Positions 37,192-47,100 of a stretch of 63,014 bases of DNA are shown here, piece after piece. Origin of the DNA: a virus (Duplodnaviria > Heunggongvirae > Uroviricota > Caudoviricetes); the IMG/VR virus record IMGVR_UViG_3300045988_147415; one strand, written 5' to 3'. How positions within the stretch are numbered: position 1 is the first letter of the stretch; every line of letters begins with the position of its first letter. The notes beneath the pieces are model-generated. The model saw only the letters and a list, made by a program, of their open reading frames with translations. It ran no database searches and had not been told where the DNA came from. The position numbers and the translations under genes are program-made.

Positions 37192-37766
37192 CAGAAAGCC
37201 TCCCAGTCAGTCGCGATTATATCCACACCAGTTGCAAACCAGTCTGTCTGCGCCTGTAAATCCCCATTCATCATTACCAGGCGAGGCATCACCATCACAT
37301 CGCACCCTTCCACAATATCGAATGCCTCTTCCGGCAAGAATTCGAAGAGCTTTTCTTTGCTGCCAATGCTGCCACGGAACATCGATATATAGCTCCCTTT
37401 AGGCCATGATGTCCGCCGGGCATCAAGCCCTTTCATCATCCAGTAAAAAGCCGAGGAAAAAGGGATATTCTTTTTGCCAATGATTACATTATTCGCTTCT
37501 GTGTACTTCAGGAACTTAACTAACCTTACCATTGACTCGGATAACGCAACGTATGGCTCATGATTGATTGCTGACACGCTTACACCGTGCAATCCAACGC
37601 TTACCACTGTCATATCGCCGCTCTGTGCGGTTTCGATATTGACGCCTTTGCGAACTAATGAGGCGTAAAGTTCCTCTCGCTTTTGGGTCCAGCGTTCCCG
37701 CTTCCCTATGAAGTCACTCAAAATGAGATCTTCTTCTGCATATGCGTTATCGTTCGCCATTAACAT
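37191..37766 (-). CDS. hypothetical protein with DUF2829-like motif
   Basis: FYWMMKGLDARRTSWPKG resembles the motif in 28882..29544. Confidence 0.45.
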   Translation of the reverse strand: MLMANDNAYAEEDLILSDFIGKRERWTQKREELYASLVRKGVNIETAQSGDMTVVSVGLHGVSVSAINHEPYVALSESMVRLVKFLKYTEANNVIIGKKNIPFSSAFYWMMKGLDARRTSWPKGSYISMFRGSIGSKEKLFEFLPEEAFDIVEGCDVMVMPRLVMMNGDLQAQTDWFATGVDIIATDWEAF

Positions 37767-37974
37767 AACGTCTCCTTTTTACACGCGCGACCATCTCTCG
37801 GTTAAACCGATAGAGATGTCGAAACTTCGTATTAATTAAGGGTTACAGCCTGAGCGGCTATATGATGAATTGAAAGGAGTTGTGGCGGTGGTGCCTCCAC
37901 CTGCCAGGTCAGCCACGCCCGGCGACGACACTTATCAGAACCTCAATGAATGAAAATGGCTTCGTCACGAGCGC

Positions 37975-38040
37975 ATAGCCGCAATTACCACAACGGAAAC
38001 GGCGCTCGCGTTAATTAAACGCCTTTTCCTGTTGTGCGCC
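37975..38040. repeat. hairpin element, copy 0 of a repeated tRNA-trailer module
   Basis: CCACAACGG ... CCTGTTGTG inverted repeat resembling the elements at 38800, 39130 and 39367. Confidence 0.35.
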
Positions 38041-38220
38041 GTACTCTTCCGGCTGTCACACCGAATCGCCAGGATGGTGAGTCCTCGGTCCGACGATATG
38101 AACGGGGCTTGCACATTCCGGCTACCTGGTTTGTTGCCTGAGCTAGGGGAAAAGGTAACCCCTTTAACGTCACCAGACCGCTAACGACGCATGTGCCAGA
38201 CGCCGTGTTACAACCAAATA

Positions 38221-38296
38221 TGGTGGCCCCTACCGGATTTGAACCGGTGACCGTGCGATTATGAGTCGCCAGCTCTAACCACTGAGCTAAAGGGCC
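38221..38296 (-). tRNA. tRNA-Ile (anticodon CAU, ileX-like; Met cannot be excluded)
   Basis: 76-nt cloverleaf GGCCCTTTAGCTCAGTGGTTAGAGC...GGCGACTCATAATCGC...GGTTCAAATCC...GGGGCCACCA, closely resembling E. coli ileX. Confidence 0.8.
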
Positions 38297-38433
38297 AGAT
38301 TACTGTTAATTCCGCTTACGCTTTTTGCCAGAACCGCGTAAGGCTTTTGCCGCTTGCTCGGCCCCATATGCAACCACCAGCAAAAATAAAAATGTCCAAC
38401 CAGGGTTCTTATCGGCAAACGCCCAAAAATTCA

Positions 38434-38667
38434 TCACTTACAGCCACCTTGCATTTCCTTGGATAATTCATTGATTTTAGTGCTCAATAAGTAATCAAAG
38501 TAAAGATAAAACACAAAAGTAACGATAGTGCTTAAAGTGTCTGAAATTGCGTATTTCAGCTCAGGAAGCATGACAAAGCAGACAAATAGCGGAAGAAATA
38601 ACTGCACTATGCACAGGCTCTTCTTCCACAACCATCTATATCTGAAGTCTGACAACAAAAACTCCAT
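38434..38667 (-). CDS. possible small membrane protein inside the tRNA cluster
   Basis: AT-rich ORF with two hydrophobic helices; start ambiguous and RBS weak. Confidence 0.3.
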   Translation of the reverse strand: MEFLLSDFRYRWLWKKSLCIVQLFLPLFVCFVMLPELKYAISDTLSTIVTFVFYLYFDYLLSTKINELSKEMQGGCK

Positions 38668-38799
38668 TGCTTGAAACTTTATTAGGTTGCGGTGCCTGGT
38701 GCCTCCAGGTGACGTTAACCAGTTAACAATTAACGCCGGGATGTTTGACTTAACCACTAAGGAGGATTGTTTTAACTGTTCCGCGTGCGCTTAGCCGCA

Positions 38800-38920
38800 T
38801 TCACCGCAATGGTAAGAGCACTTGGCTGGCTGGGCGGCGATGACGCCTGTACGCATTTGGTGATCCGGTTCTGCTTCCGGCATTCGCTTAATTAGCCAAA
38901 TACTCTTAACGTTGCACTGG
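38800..38920. repeat. hairpin trailer element, copy 1 (immediately 3' of tRNA-Ser)
   Basis: Conserved TCACCGCAATGGTAAGAGCACTTGG paired with CCAAATACTCTTAACGTTGCACTGG about 70 nt away. Confidence 0.4.
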
Positions 38921-39004
38921 CGGAGAGTAATGGAATCGAACCATCATCGCTTGCGCAATGGGACGGTTTTCAAGACCGCTTGAGCACCATGCTCCCTACT
39001 CTCC
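38918..39004 (-). tRNA. tRNA-Ser (anticodon UGA), long variable arm
   Basis: 87 nt; acceptor GGAGAGT/ACTCTCC, anticodon loop CTTGAAA, T-loop TTCGATT, CCA encoded. Confidence 0.75.
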
Positions 39005-39129
39005 AGTGATTGTGGCGACCGGTGCTGATCTCCGGCTTGCGGTTATTTCAGACTCTCACGGGCGTTTAATTGCCCCGCCGAACAGCTCTTTTCCGCAATA
39101 GCTGCAATGTCTTTCGCGCATCAGCCTGC

Positions 39130-39240
39130 GCATTCACCACAATGTTGAGAACACTGGTTGTCACGCTGCAACGCAACATTTATTCGTAGATTGGGATATG
39201 ACCCCGTTACGCCGGTGTTCTCAACGTTGTAGTGCCGGTT
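39130..39240. repeat. hairpin trailer element, copy 2, with a duplicated fragment of the tRNA-Thr 3' end
   Basis: CACAATGTTGAGAACAC ... GTGTTCTCAACGTTGTAG 17-bp inverted repeat followed by GTGCCGGTTACGG. Confidence 0.4.
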
Positions 39241-39366
39241 ACGGTTCCGGCCAGGCCTCTTCCTCAACGGGGTGTTCTCCATACGGACTACCGTTTATTG
39301 GTCGTTCCTGCGGTTTATGTTGTGAAGCCAGATGCTTATCTTCTGGTTGCTTCTAGGAGCTGCACT

Positions 39367-39452
39367 TCATCACAACGGTAAGAGCATTTATGGCTCGCAT
39401 CGCGGGAAAAAGCCCACGGTAGAGAGTCGAACTCTACAAATGCTCTTACCTG
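39367..39452. repeat. hairpin trailer element, copy 3 (immediately 3' of tRNA-Thr)
   Basis: GGTAAGAGCATTT ... AAATGCTCTTACC 13-bp inverted repeat enclosing two internal hairpins; no valid cloverleaf on either strand. Confidence 0.4.
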
Positions 39453-39458
39453 TTGTGT

Positions 39459-39534
39459 TGGTGCCGGTTAACGGGATCGAACCGCTGACCATTCGCTTAC
39501 AAAGCGACTGCTCTACCAACTGAGCTAAACCGGC
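39459..39534 (-). tRNA. tRNA-Thr (anticodon UGU)
   Basis: 76 nt; acceptor GCCGGTT/AACCGGC, D-arm GCTCAGTTGGTAGAGC, anticodon loop TTTGTAA, T-loop TTCGATC, CCA encoded. Confidence 0.8.
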
Positions 39535-39538
39535 AATT

Positions 39539-39625
39539 TGGTGGGGAGTGATGGAGTCGAACCACCCGAGTCGCAATGACAGTAGATTTACAGTCTACCC
39601 CGCTACCCCTACGGACTAACTCCCC
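39539..39625 (-). tRNA. tRNA-Tyr (anticodon GUA), long variable arm
   Basis: 87 nt; anticodon stem-loop GTAGACTGTAAATCTAC as in E. coli tRNA-Tyr; acceptor GGGGAGT/ACTCCCC; CCA encoded. Confidence 0.7.
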
Positions 39626-39630
39626 TAAAT

Positions 39631-39707
39631 TGGCGATGGTGGGTGGATTCGAACCACCGACCGACAGCTTAGAAGGCTGCTGCTCTATCCTACTGAGCTA
39701 CACCATC
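39631..39707 (-). tRNA. tRNA-Arg (anticodon UCU, reads rare AGA)
   Basis: 77 nt; acceptor GATGGTG/CACCATC, anticodon loop CTTCTAA, T-loop TTCGAAT, CCA encoded. Confidence 0.8.
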
Positions 39708-40912
39708 ACTTGCCGGGTACGTCTCCGGCGAGGGCTTCCACCTCCGTATGCTTTTCGGCGCACCGCGCCCTGGCTGCAATTCGGTAACAGGGGATGCACA
39801 ACCCTGGCTTCCAGCGTGATTAGCGCCTTCAGCATGACGGGATATACCCGTTACAAGAGATTTCCCAGGATGCCATTAACCAATGGCTGTTACGCGGGAG
39901 GGACGTAACAGGTAAGGGCGCTGACCAGAAAGACCTGACCCTTCTCATTCATCTGGTTAATCACACCAGCGCCCTTGCCTGTTATGCCTCCCCGTTCCCT
40001 AATACACAGACGGGGACACTCTGCGGTCGATTTTTTGACGGGGGACGACTCATACCCCGTGGCGTCTGGCTTCTTAGGCCGCTACCATCATCAGATCATC
40101 GTTTGCATTTACTTTAATGGTCGGTTTCTAAACCGCCGCAAAGTCGCTAACCATGACGAAAACCCTAAAAAAGCCCACCCGAAGATGGGCAAATACGCTA
40201 CATCTCACACAAGAAAGAAGCCGACTGCCTGAGCTGGATTCACTTTCAAATGCCCGCTGAAAGGGATCACAAGTCGGCTTCTTTCTTGATGCGGCACTCT
40301 CTCCGCCCGTCACCGCTCTGTCTCGGTTGTCGCGTTTGCCACGCCAGCCGTAACGAGGTTTAAAGTCTTTACACGTTTCCATCACTCGACTGCCGTCTGT
40401 GGCTGTTCGTTGCAGCGGGGGTGCCTCCCCCTGGGGATATCCCCGGCCTTACCCCATTCTTTCAAGACACAATGCAAGGCCACATCCGCATAGGTGCATT
40501 ACCGCAACATTAAGGAGACTCAGGGCAAAAGGTAACCGCCACAAAAATCCCTATGCCTCCTTAATGTTGAAGATGTGCATTGATGATTAGATGCAGCATG
40601 TACCGTTACTCTCTGCCGGACCATCATCAATGAACACCTTAAAAAGACCTTCCGTGGCTCAACATGTATTGTCGTTTACTCCGCAAAGTGCTCTCTCTGA
40701 AACCACTTTCCGCACTAAACCTGCTGAACTTTGGCCTGCACGGTGCCAAAGCGTGCTCTTGCATTACTATACATTTCTAACACTTTAATTTGTTAAATGC
40801 TGGTGGGAGAACAATAACCAATAAGTGACTATCAAGCCCAGCAAGCGAAACGTGGGTACCGCCCACCAGCAAGGAAAATTCTATGTTAAGTTATCTTCAC
40901 AATCAATACATT

Positions 40913-40940
40913 CGAATTGTGATTTTAGATTTCTAACACA
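40913..40940 (+). promoter_or_regulatory. operator-like motif ATTGTGATTTTAGATTTCTAACACA (second copy at about 40768-40792)
   Basis: Good match to the recurrent motif at the edge of the 1.2-kb noncoding region. Confidence 0.4.
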
Positions 40941-42149
40941 TTATTTCCCATAAAGATCTTCTACACCCCCATTCTTCTTATCCCATTCGTTCGCCCATAC
41001 CCGGCAAGCGTCAATGATTTCCTGACGACGATCTCCTTGCATGAACGGGATGCTTTCATGGAAACAGCTTGGAATGCAGGCCACACTGAATACAGTATCA
41101 AACTCCGTCTGCTTGATTGCCTCCAGCGTCTCCGGACGCATTTTTAATTCATCGATTGGCGCATCCTTAGAGTCCATAATCCGGCGATATAAGCGCGGAA
41201 AATCCGTCTCCAGGTACGCCATAATTTTATCTGCGAGACATTCGTCTATGTCGGTATTCCAGTCCTTTTCGAAGCCCGGCAGGCGATAGTAAAGCGGCGT
41301 TCCCCATACCGATGGGATCACATCCATCGTTAACAGGCGATTGGTTCTGATTTGTTGATGGTAATTAGCCGTCAGCAGTGCTTCGCCACGCTGCCCAGTT
41401 TCCGCAACCAGGCCGTGTGGATACTCATGGATGTAGGCAATGGCATCCCTTCCATCATACATAAGTGGAAATGTCTCTGGTCTTTGTCCCATGCCACAAG
41501 CACGGTTCAGATCGTGACCAAGCTGTGAGCACTCTCGCTTTAATGTTTCGATAATGCTCTGCGCTGTAGCCAACTTTTTACGCAGTGTGACGCCTTCGCC
41601 TTGATAATCAATGCATTGCTGATTGAGCTTGGTTAAACGCTCTTTTAGTTCCCGGCGCTCTCTTTTCAGCGTGCGGTTATCCTTCTCCGCAACATCCAGC
41701 CGCTTTGTCAGGCTGGGCGGATAGTCTTTTTTGTAACGGTTCAAATCGGCTTCGGCAGATTTACGCAGTGTATTTGCCTGTTCAAGACGCGCTTCCAGAT
41801 TGCCGATCTCATTACGCATATTCGCGGCAAATTGATTAACTGCATCACCCAGGCTTTCAACTGTCGCTGATACGCCTGTGACTTGTGAAAAACGGATCAA
41901 GCCATCATTAACGGCTTGTTGGTATTCCTCAAACTGATCCACCAGCTTATTGTAATCAACTGCCCCATCATCAAGCAGCTTGTTGATTTCCGCCACCAGG
42001 TTATCTGTAGTGGCAATGACACTCTCGTGCAGTCGCTTTGACAGGTCATCACCCGGATTCCGTTTCTGTATAAGAGCGATTTGTGTGCGCAGCGTTTCAA
42101 TTGCTGTCGAGATAATTTCCAGATTAGAAGTATCAGTGTGTTGACTCAT
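40941..42149 (-). CDS. hypothetical protein (N-terminal coiled-coil, C-terminal globular domain)
   Basis: Start set at internal ATG (MSQHTD) because the ORF-track start is GTG; operator motif directly upstream. Confidence 0.5.
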   Translation of the reverse strand: MSQHTDTSNLEIISTAIETLRTQIALIQKRNPGDDLSKRLHESVIATTDNLVAEINKLLDDGAVDYNKLVDQFEEYQQAVNDGLIRFSQVTGVSATVESLGDAVNQFAANMRNEIGNLEARLEQANTLRKSAEADLNRYKKDYPPSLTKRLDVAEKDNRTLKRERRELKERLTKLNQQCIDYQGEGVTLRKKLATAQSIIETLKRECSQLGHDLNRACGMGQRPETFPLMYDGRDAIAYIHEYPHGLVAETGQRGEALLTANYHQQIRTNRLLTMDVIPSVWGTPLYYRLPGFEKDWNTDIDECLADKIMAYLETDFPRLYRRIMDSKDAPIDELKMRPETLEAIKQTEFDTVFSVACIPSCFHESIPFMQGDRRQEIIDACRVWANEWDKKNGGVEDLYGK

Positions 42150-42166
42150 TGCTGTTCCCGTCACCT

Positions 42167-42193
42167 TGTTAAATTAGTTTTCTAACATATTTT
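42167..42193 (+). promoter_or_regulatory. operator-like motif CCTTGTTAAATTAGTTTTCTAACATAT
   Basis: Near-identical to the reverse complement of the site at 54320-54346; about 20 bp upstream of the 40941..42149 start. Confidence 0.45.
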
Positions 42194-42230
42194 ATTAGTT
42201 TGATGGCGGTATCGGAAGATGCAATAAACA

Positions 42231-42257
42231 AAAAACCCGCTAATTGGCGGGTTTTTA
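42231..42257. terminator. bidirectional Rho-independent terminator
   Basis: AACCCGC-TAATTG-GCGGGTT flanked by an A-run and a T-run. Confidence 0.55.
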
Positions 42258-42262
42258 TGCAA

Positions 42263-42577
42263 TTACTGTGTTGCAGCCTGATAAATAAGATACGCGATAA
42301 ATACAGGTACGATGGCCCATTGCAGCAATGAAAGTAGCCTCATTACTGTTATTGGGGTAACTCCATTCACGTATTGCTTCTCTGACATTTTCCCTAACCA
42401 ACTAACCGACAACAGTGCCGAGTTTTCCCCCAATTCCAGCTCTCTGAGAGCTTCACGGATTAACGGCGCTGTCACAGCCTTAACCGGCGTGCTCAACGTG
42501 ATACTCCGCGTCCTCCCCGCATCGTCAGCGAACGCCAGACTCACATAATATTTTTTGCTCAATGTACAAACTCCCAA
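42263..42577 (-). CDS. hypothetical protein with C-terminal transmembrane helix
   Basis: 104 aa; hydrophobic C-terminus (WAIVPVFIAYLIY); followed by a terminator. Confidence 0.4.
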   Translation of the reverse strand: MGVCTLSKKYYVSLAFADDAGRTRSITLSTPVKAVTAPLIREALRELELGENSALLSVSWLGKMSEKQYVNGVTPITVMRLLSLLQWAIVPVFIAYLIYQAATQ

Positions 42578-42759
42578 TCATCAGCGCTTGCACTTTCCGG
42601 GGTTATGTGAACCTTATCGCCAGTAACAATATTGCGAGCTTCAAAACTTCCATTGATACGTTTCGAGATCTCAATACATAGAGCCTGCTGCCATGAGCGA
42701 CGACGAGCGATAGCATTAGTTCCTGCAGGGATAAGTTCTGCCACGTTAAGTAAACGCAA
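42559..42759 (-). CDS. hypothetical small protein
   Basis: 66-aa ORF overlapping the downstream gene by 19 nt. Confidence 0.35.
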   Translation of the reverse strand: MRLLNVAELIPAGTNAIARRRSWQQALCIEISKRINGSFEARNIVTGDKVHITPESASADDWEFVH

Positions 42760-42773
42760 AACGATTTCTCCGT

Positions 42774-43265
42774 TTAATCAAGACAAACATATTCCGTGAT
42801 AGCTTTTATGGCTTCAGCGGCACTGCGCGCCTCAAAGCAGTAGTAACCTGCTTCAGTGAGGCGAGTCATCCAGACGAGTTGTTCGGGAGTCAGGCGATTT
42901 CTCCCATGTTTCATCTCAATGCGCATTCCGTGGTATCCCCCGCAAGCAAGGTCTATAGAAAGATCGGGATATCCCTTCTTTTGGCCTTCTGCCACCATCT
43001 TTATTGCCGTCCTTATGCCTCGCAGACCGCCGTTTGGAGTGGCGTGAGTATGCTCATACACATAGCGCATATTGCGATACAACCAATCCAGGACGCGAAC
43101 CTGTTCGTAATGCTCATGGTTCCTTTTGATTAGATCTGGGTTTTTCTCCAGTTCTCTGAGAGCTGCGGCATGTGGGGATGTTTCAGAATATTCACTGCGA
43201 CGCCTTCTTTTTCGCGCTATTTTTCTAACACACCCATTGATAGTAAATAAGCGAAATAATAACAA
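42774..43265 (-). CDS. VRR-NUC domain nuclease
   Basis: HEHYEQVRVLDWL...HATPNGG...GYPDLSI...GGYHGMRIEMK...LTPEQLVWM pattern of VRR-NUC; start uncertain because an operator motif lies within the first 20 codons. Confidence 0.55.
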   Translation of the reverse strand: MLLFRLFTINGCVRKIARKRRRRSEYSETSPHAAALRELEKNPDLIKRNHEHYEQVRVLDWLYRNMRYVYEHTHATPNGGLRGIRTAIKMVAEGQKKGYPDLSIDLACGGYHGMRIEMKHGRNRLTPEQLVWMTRLTEAGYYCFEARSAAEAIKAITEYVCLD

Positions 43266-43404
43266 CTACGTTAGATTTGTAAAACAAGAGAGATACTACT
43301 CAAGGATGGGCTATATGCAACAGGTCGGATTTGCTTTTAGAGTAAAGAGTGACCTTAATCAACAAGGAGGGTAAATCGCATGGCATTTACCCAACCTGTT
43401 ATTT

Positions 43405-43665
43405 TTAAAGGGTTATTTTATCCTGTTCGGATAATTCTTTGATTGTCTTGTCGATTGCGATCAACCAACCTTCATAGGTTAAATCATCAACAAGTTCTAC
43501 CAACTTATCATCGGTGTGAGGAAAGTATATCCAGCTCCAGTTCGCAGGGTTTTCTGCTTTTCGCAGCGTAAAAACCTTCTTGTATCGGTGGAACTCAAGG
43601 ATATACCCCTTCGATATGGAATATTCCTTTAGGTCTTCGACCGTAAACCTACGATTCTTTCGCAT
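43405..43665 (-). CDS. hypothetical small protein
   Basis: 86-aa ORF coupled to the upstream gene. Confidence 0.4.
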   Translation of the reverse strand: MRKNRRFTVEDLKEYSISKGYILEFHRYKKVFTLRKAENPANWSWIYFPHTDDKLVELVDDLTYEGWLIAIDKTIKELSEQDKITL

Positions 43666-43667
43666 GG

Positions 43668-44102
43668 CTACCCCATGATTCGATATTTCTCTATAGACTC
43701 GTCGTAACTTGTGTACACGTATGGCTCTGTATCATCAGCATAAGGTGCGACTTCCAGAGCATGAACGGGATTGTATACCGCGTCATTTTCCAGGCGATCG
43801 CTCGAATACAGATGCCCAGCCAAAACCGTAAGCGCCGGGCGACTCATTTTGTAGATCTCTGCCACATCACTATCTACAACTTGTCCAAATGATATGTCGC
43901 CGCGCTCCAGCAATATCGTTTTGAGCGCGGGCCACCACGGACCATAAAGGTGATAAAGCTGTGGATTTTTCTTCAGTCTTTCTACCATGCCATCAAGATA
44001 AACTGTCAGGTATTCTTCTTCACTCCTGCCATTGAGCGCCTGCGGCAAAATGTCCTCAAGGTAGGATTCCGTCGGTTTTACAGTGTCAATTAATGTCGTC
44101 AT
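43668..44102 (-). CDS. hypothetical protein (second gene of the giant-protein operon)
   Basis: 144-aa ORF 36 nt downstream of the giant gene. Confidence 0.45.
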   Translation of the reverse strand: MTTLIDTVKPTESYLEDILPQALNGRSEEEYLTVYLDGMVERLKKNPQLYHLYGPWWPALKTILLERGDISFGQVVDSDVAEIYKMSRPALTVLAGHLYSSDRLENDAVYNPVHALEVAPYADDTEPYVYTSYDESIEKYRIMG

Positions 44103-44138
44103 TCAAATTCGGCCCCGGTTGGGGCCGCTCCTTATCTG

Positions 44139-47100
44139 TTAGGCCGCATCGGCGATTATTTTACGCAGTTCATCTACCGAGTAACGCGTAGATACCATCC
44201 ATGCAGGACGGTCAAAGTTCACATCAGCAACCGGGTTTGCTTCAAAATTCCAGAAACGCCCGCCAATCTTCTTAATCGCGTCTTTGGCGTTCCGTATTGT
44301 CGAGGAACCTGGTTGGTCGGCAATGAGATAAACCGCGCCAACGTCCTCGCTGACGCTCCACCAGCGCCCGCGAACACGCGCCTTAGCGCGAATCGGCTTA
44401 TCATTAACCACAATGATATAGTCATCATTCGCCGCTTCATCAGCTCTGGCTTCAGCCACTGCCGCCTGCTCTTCTCTTTTGCTTTCAGCCTGCTCAAGCC
44501 TTTCCGCGATCTCTGATTCAGTGGCCCCGCCGTTTTTCAGCGATACATAGTCCTGCCACGTTGCCGATTTGAGCGTATCCGGCAACTCATTCACATAGTC
44601 GCCGTCTTTCAACTCACGGGCGCGGCGGGTAGCCATTTCTACCAGGCGATTAACAGAAACAGCATCAGCAAAATCGTCCTTACTAATGTATTTTTCATCA
44701 AATGCATTGATGACAGCCCCCACCTTAATCCACTGTGCTGCCGGTGATTCCAGGGGGTTATCAGCCTGAACAATGGCGAGTTTCGCTCCATCTACCCCAT
44801 TATTCGCCAGCTGTTCCAATGCCGCCCATCCATCTGCATCACTGAGTGATTTATATTGCTCAAACAATGCATCGCGCCAGGCCACCAGCGCAGAACGTGT
44901 TTTTTCGATCTTCGTCTTAATTTTCGCTATCTTGACCTGATTAAACATCCGTTCAATATCATCGATATTGCTAAAGGCTTTCATCCTGCCCTGGAATAAA
45001 CGGTATGCCAGCACGGTCCTCCAGAATGATTCCAGACCTTCTCCGGACGGTTTGCGGAACAAGCTAAGAATATCTTCAGAAGTGACTTTATTAAGCGAAC
45101 GACCTGACAGACCACGCCCAGCCATCCAGTTTTCGAACTCCTGGGCAACATCATCCATCGTTGCCTGTGCGCCCCATGCCTGCATTCCCTGGATGTAATC
45201 ATACCCATACAATGCCTGGAGGAATCCCTCTCCGTCCACGATATTCAGCGGATTATCACTGGCTTGTATTTTTGCCACTTCACGCTTCAGCGCCTCATTG
45301 TTGATATCAGGGTAAATCCACTGCTCTGGTGCAATATCCGATGTACGCCCGATTTTCTGTCCTATCATGCCATCATAGGTCGATGACAGCGCGATCTGAC
45401 CATCATCGGTGCGATAGGCCCAGTATTTAATACCTGGTTCACCGCCCCATGCTCTACCAGGCTGGCCTGTAGTGACCTTCATTACTCCGTTACGAATAGC
45501 ATCATAGAACTGATCGCGAGTAAGTGACGTTGATAGCTGGTGGCACTGAACACCACGCGCAGCTGTTGCACGCGATTCTGCAACACCCTCTTCAAAAGTT
45601 ACCGCTTCAATCACTGAGTCAAACGGTAATGTTACGATTGACCCCGGTGATCGAGCGTAACGGCTTGCTCTATCCAGCCAGGCGATACGACAGATGTATT
45701 GTGCTTTTTCACCATCAATTTTTTCCACCCGGACAATCGCTGTTGTTTCGCGATCATCAATGACTGCACGGTAATAACTACCTTTATGCAACAGAATGTT
45801 CTTGTCAGTGCGCATATATTCTTGCGGGTTCTGAATAACATCGATGCTGATATCCAGCACACCAGACTTAATAGCGCGTTCCACATCACCACGAGAGCGT
45901 TTCATAATGGTATCCGCGTCTTTTGCCCTGGTGATCGCAAACCGCAGCACCCGCGCACGTTTTCTGTAGCTACTCAACTGCTCAAGCGCGTATTTTTGCC
46001 CATTCCTGTTCGTACCCGCTTTTATCAGGTCGTCAAGATTGCGCTGGTAATACTCTATCTGTTCCATCGCGCTTTTCAGTTCTGTCTCCATCATGCCGAT
46101 ATCTTTTCCGGCGGCGTTTGCCGCTTTCAGGTAGATATCGAGAGCATTGTTGGCCTCGCGCTGTGCTTTCAGTTTCAGACGTTCTTCACGCTCTTGCGCC
46201 TGGCGAGCCATGATTGCGCGGCGTTCTTCCGGGTTTGCCGCCAGCATAATGGCGCGTTCATCAGCATCATCCGCATCACCATTGGCGATCTCTGACATGT
46301 CGGATGTCATCACCATCTTGATCCAGTCTTTCTTACGTTTCAGCGTATCCAGACGGAAGTCGTCGAATGTGCCTTTGCCACAATAGTAGTGAACATTGAC
46401 CTTTTCTTGCGGTGAACCTACGCGCGCACCGCGCCCATTTCGTTGGTCGATACTGGCTGGTGTCCAGGGTAGTGTCAGGTGATGGATATCGGTTGTCCCG
46501 ATGTGCAGGTTAATACCTACTTCAGCCTTCTTGTTACAGATTATGATGCGCGTGCGACCTTCGTTATAGTCGGCGGCAATGCCTTCCATGCCCTCAAGGC
46601 CAGCATCATTTTTAGCTGAGAGATAATCCTCATATTGTGCAAGTTTGCTGTAGTAGGTTTCCCATGCCCCTTCTTTGTATTCACCGTTTTTGTTTGGAGT
46701 AGGTTCGGTCGGCTTATTCACCTTCTTCAGCTTGATGCCGCCAGCCTGGCTAACTGTCGTCGCATTGATAATGCCAATCTCCTGCTCCGGCATTTGCAGT
46801 GCACTGGCGATAATACGGCGAAGCTTCTGGTGCTGGGCTTTTTCATCAATAAAGACGATCTGCTTACCGTTCTTCAGACCTTCACGAAGATTTTCGATCA
46901 GCGCGGCATACTTCGGCGGGATGGGGTGCGATACCTGCTGCATATCAATACCGGCAGCCGCAATGGCCTTCAGTATTTCAGCTTCCAGTTCAATGCTGGC
47001 ACGTATTTCAACATGCGTCGGATGTTCACTAAAAGCGGTCTTCACTACCTTGCTGGTACGCGTACTGACCAGCCCGCCAGCGCCGTCTTCCTCGGCCTCA

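Noticed and set aside
39367-39452. tRNA-like hairpin element considered as a sixth tRNA gene
   Set aside because: Has a T-arm-like hairpin but a 13-bp outer stem and no D or anticodon arms in cloverleaf order on either strand
37975-39460. Repeated inverted-repeat elements considered as a CRISPR array
   Set aside because: Repeats are imperfect, irregularly spaced, interleaved with tRNA genes and have no cas genes nearby
39388-39908. 62-aa and 110-aa ORFs
   Set aside because: Overlap the tRNA-Thr, tRNA-Tyr and tRNA-Arg genes; translations are tRNA-sequence artefacts
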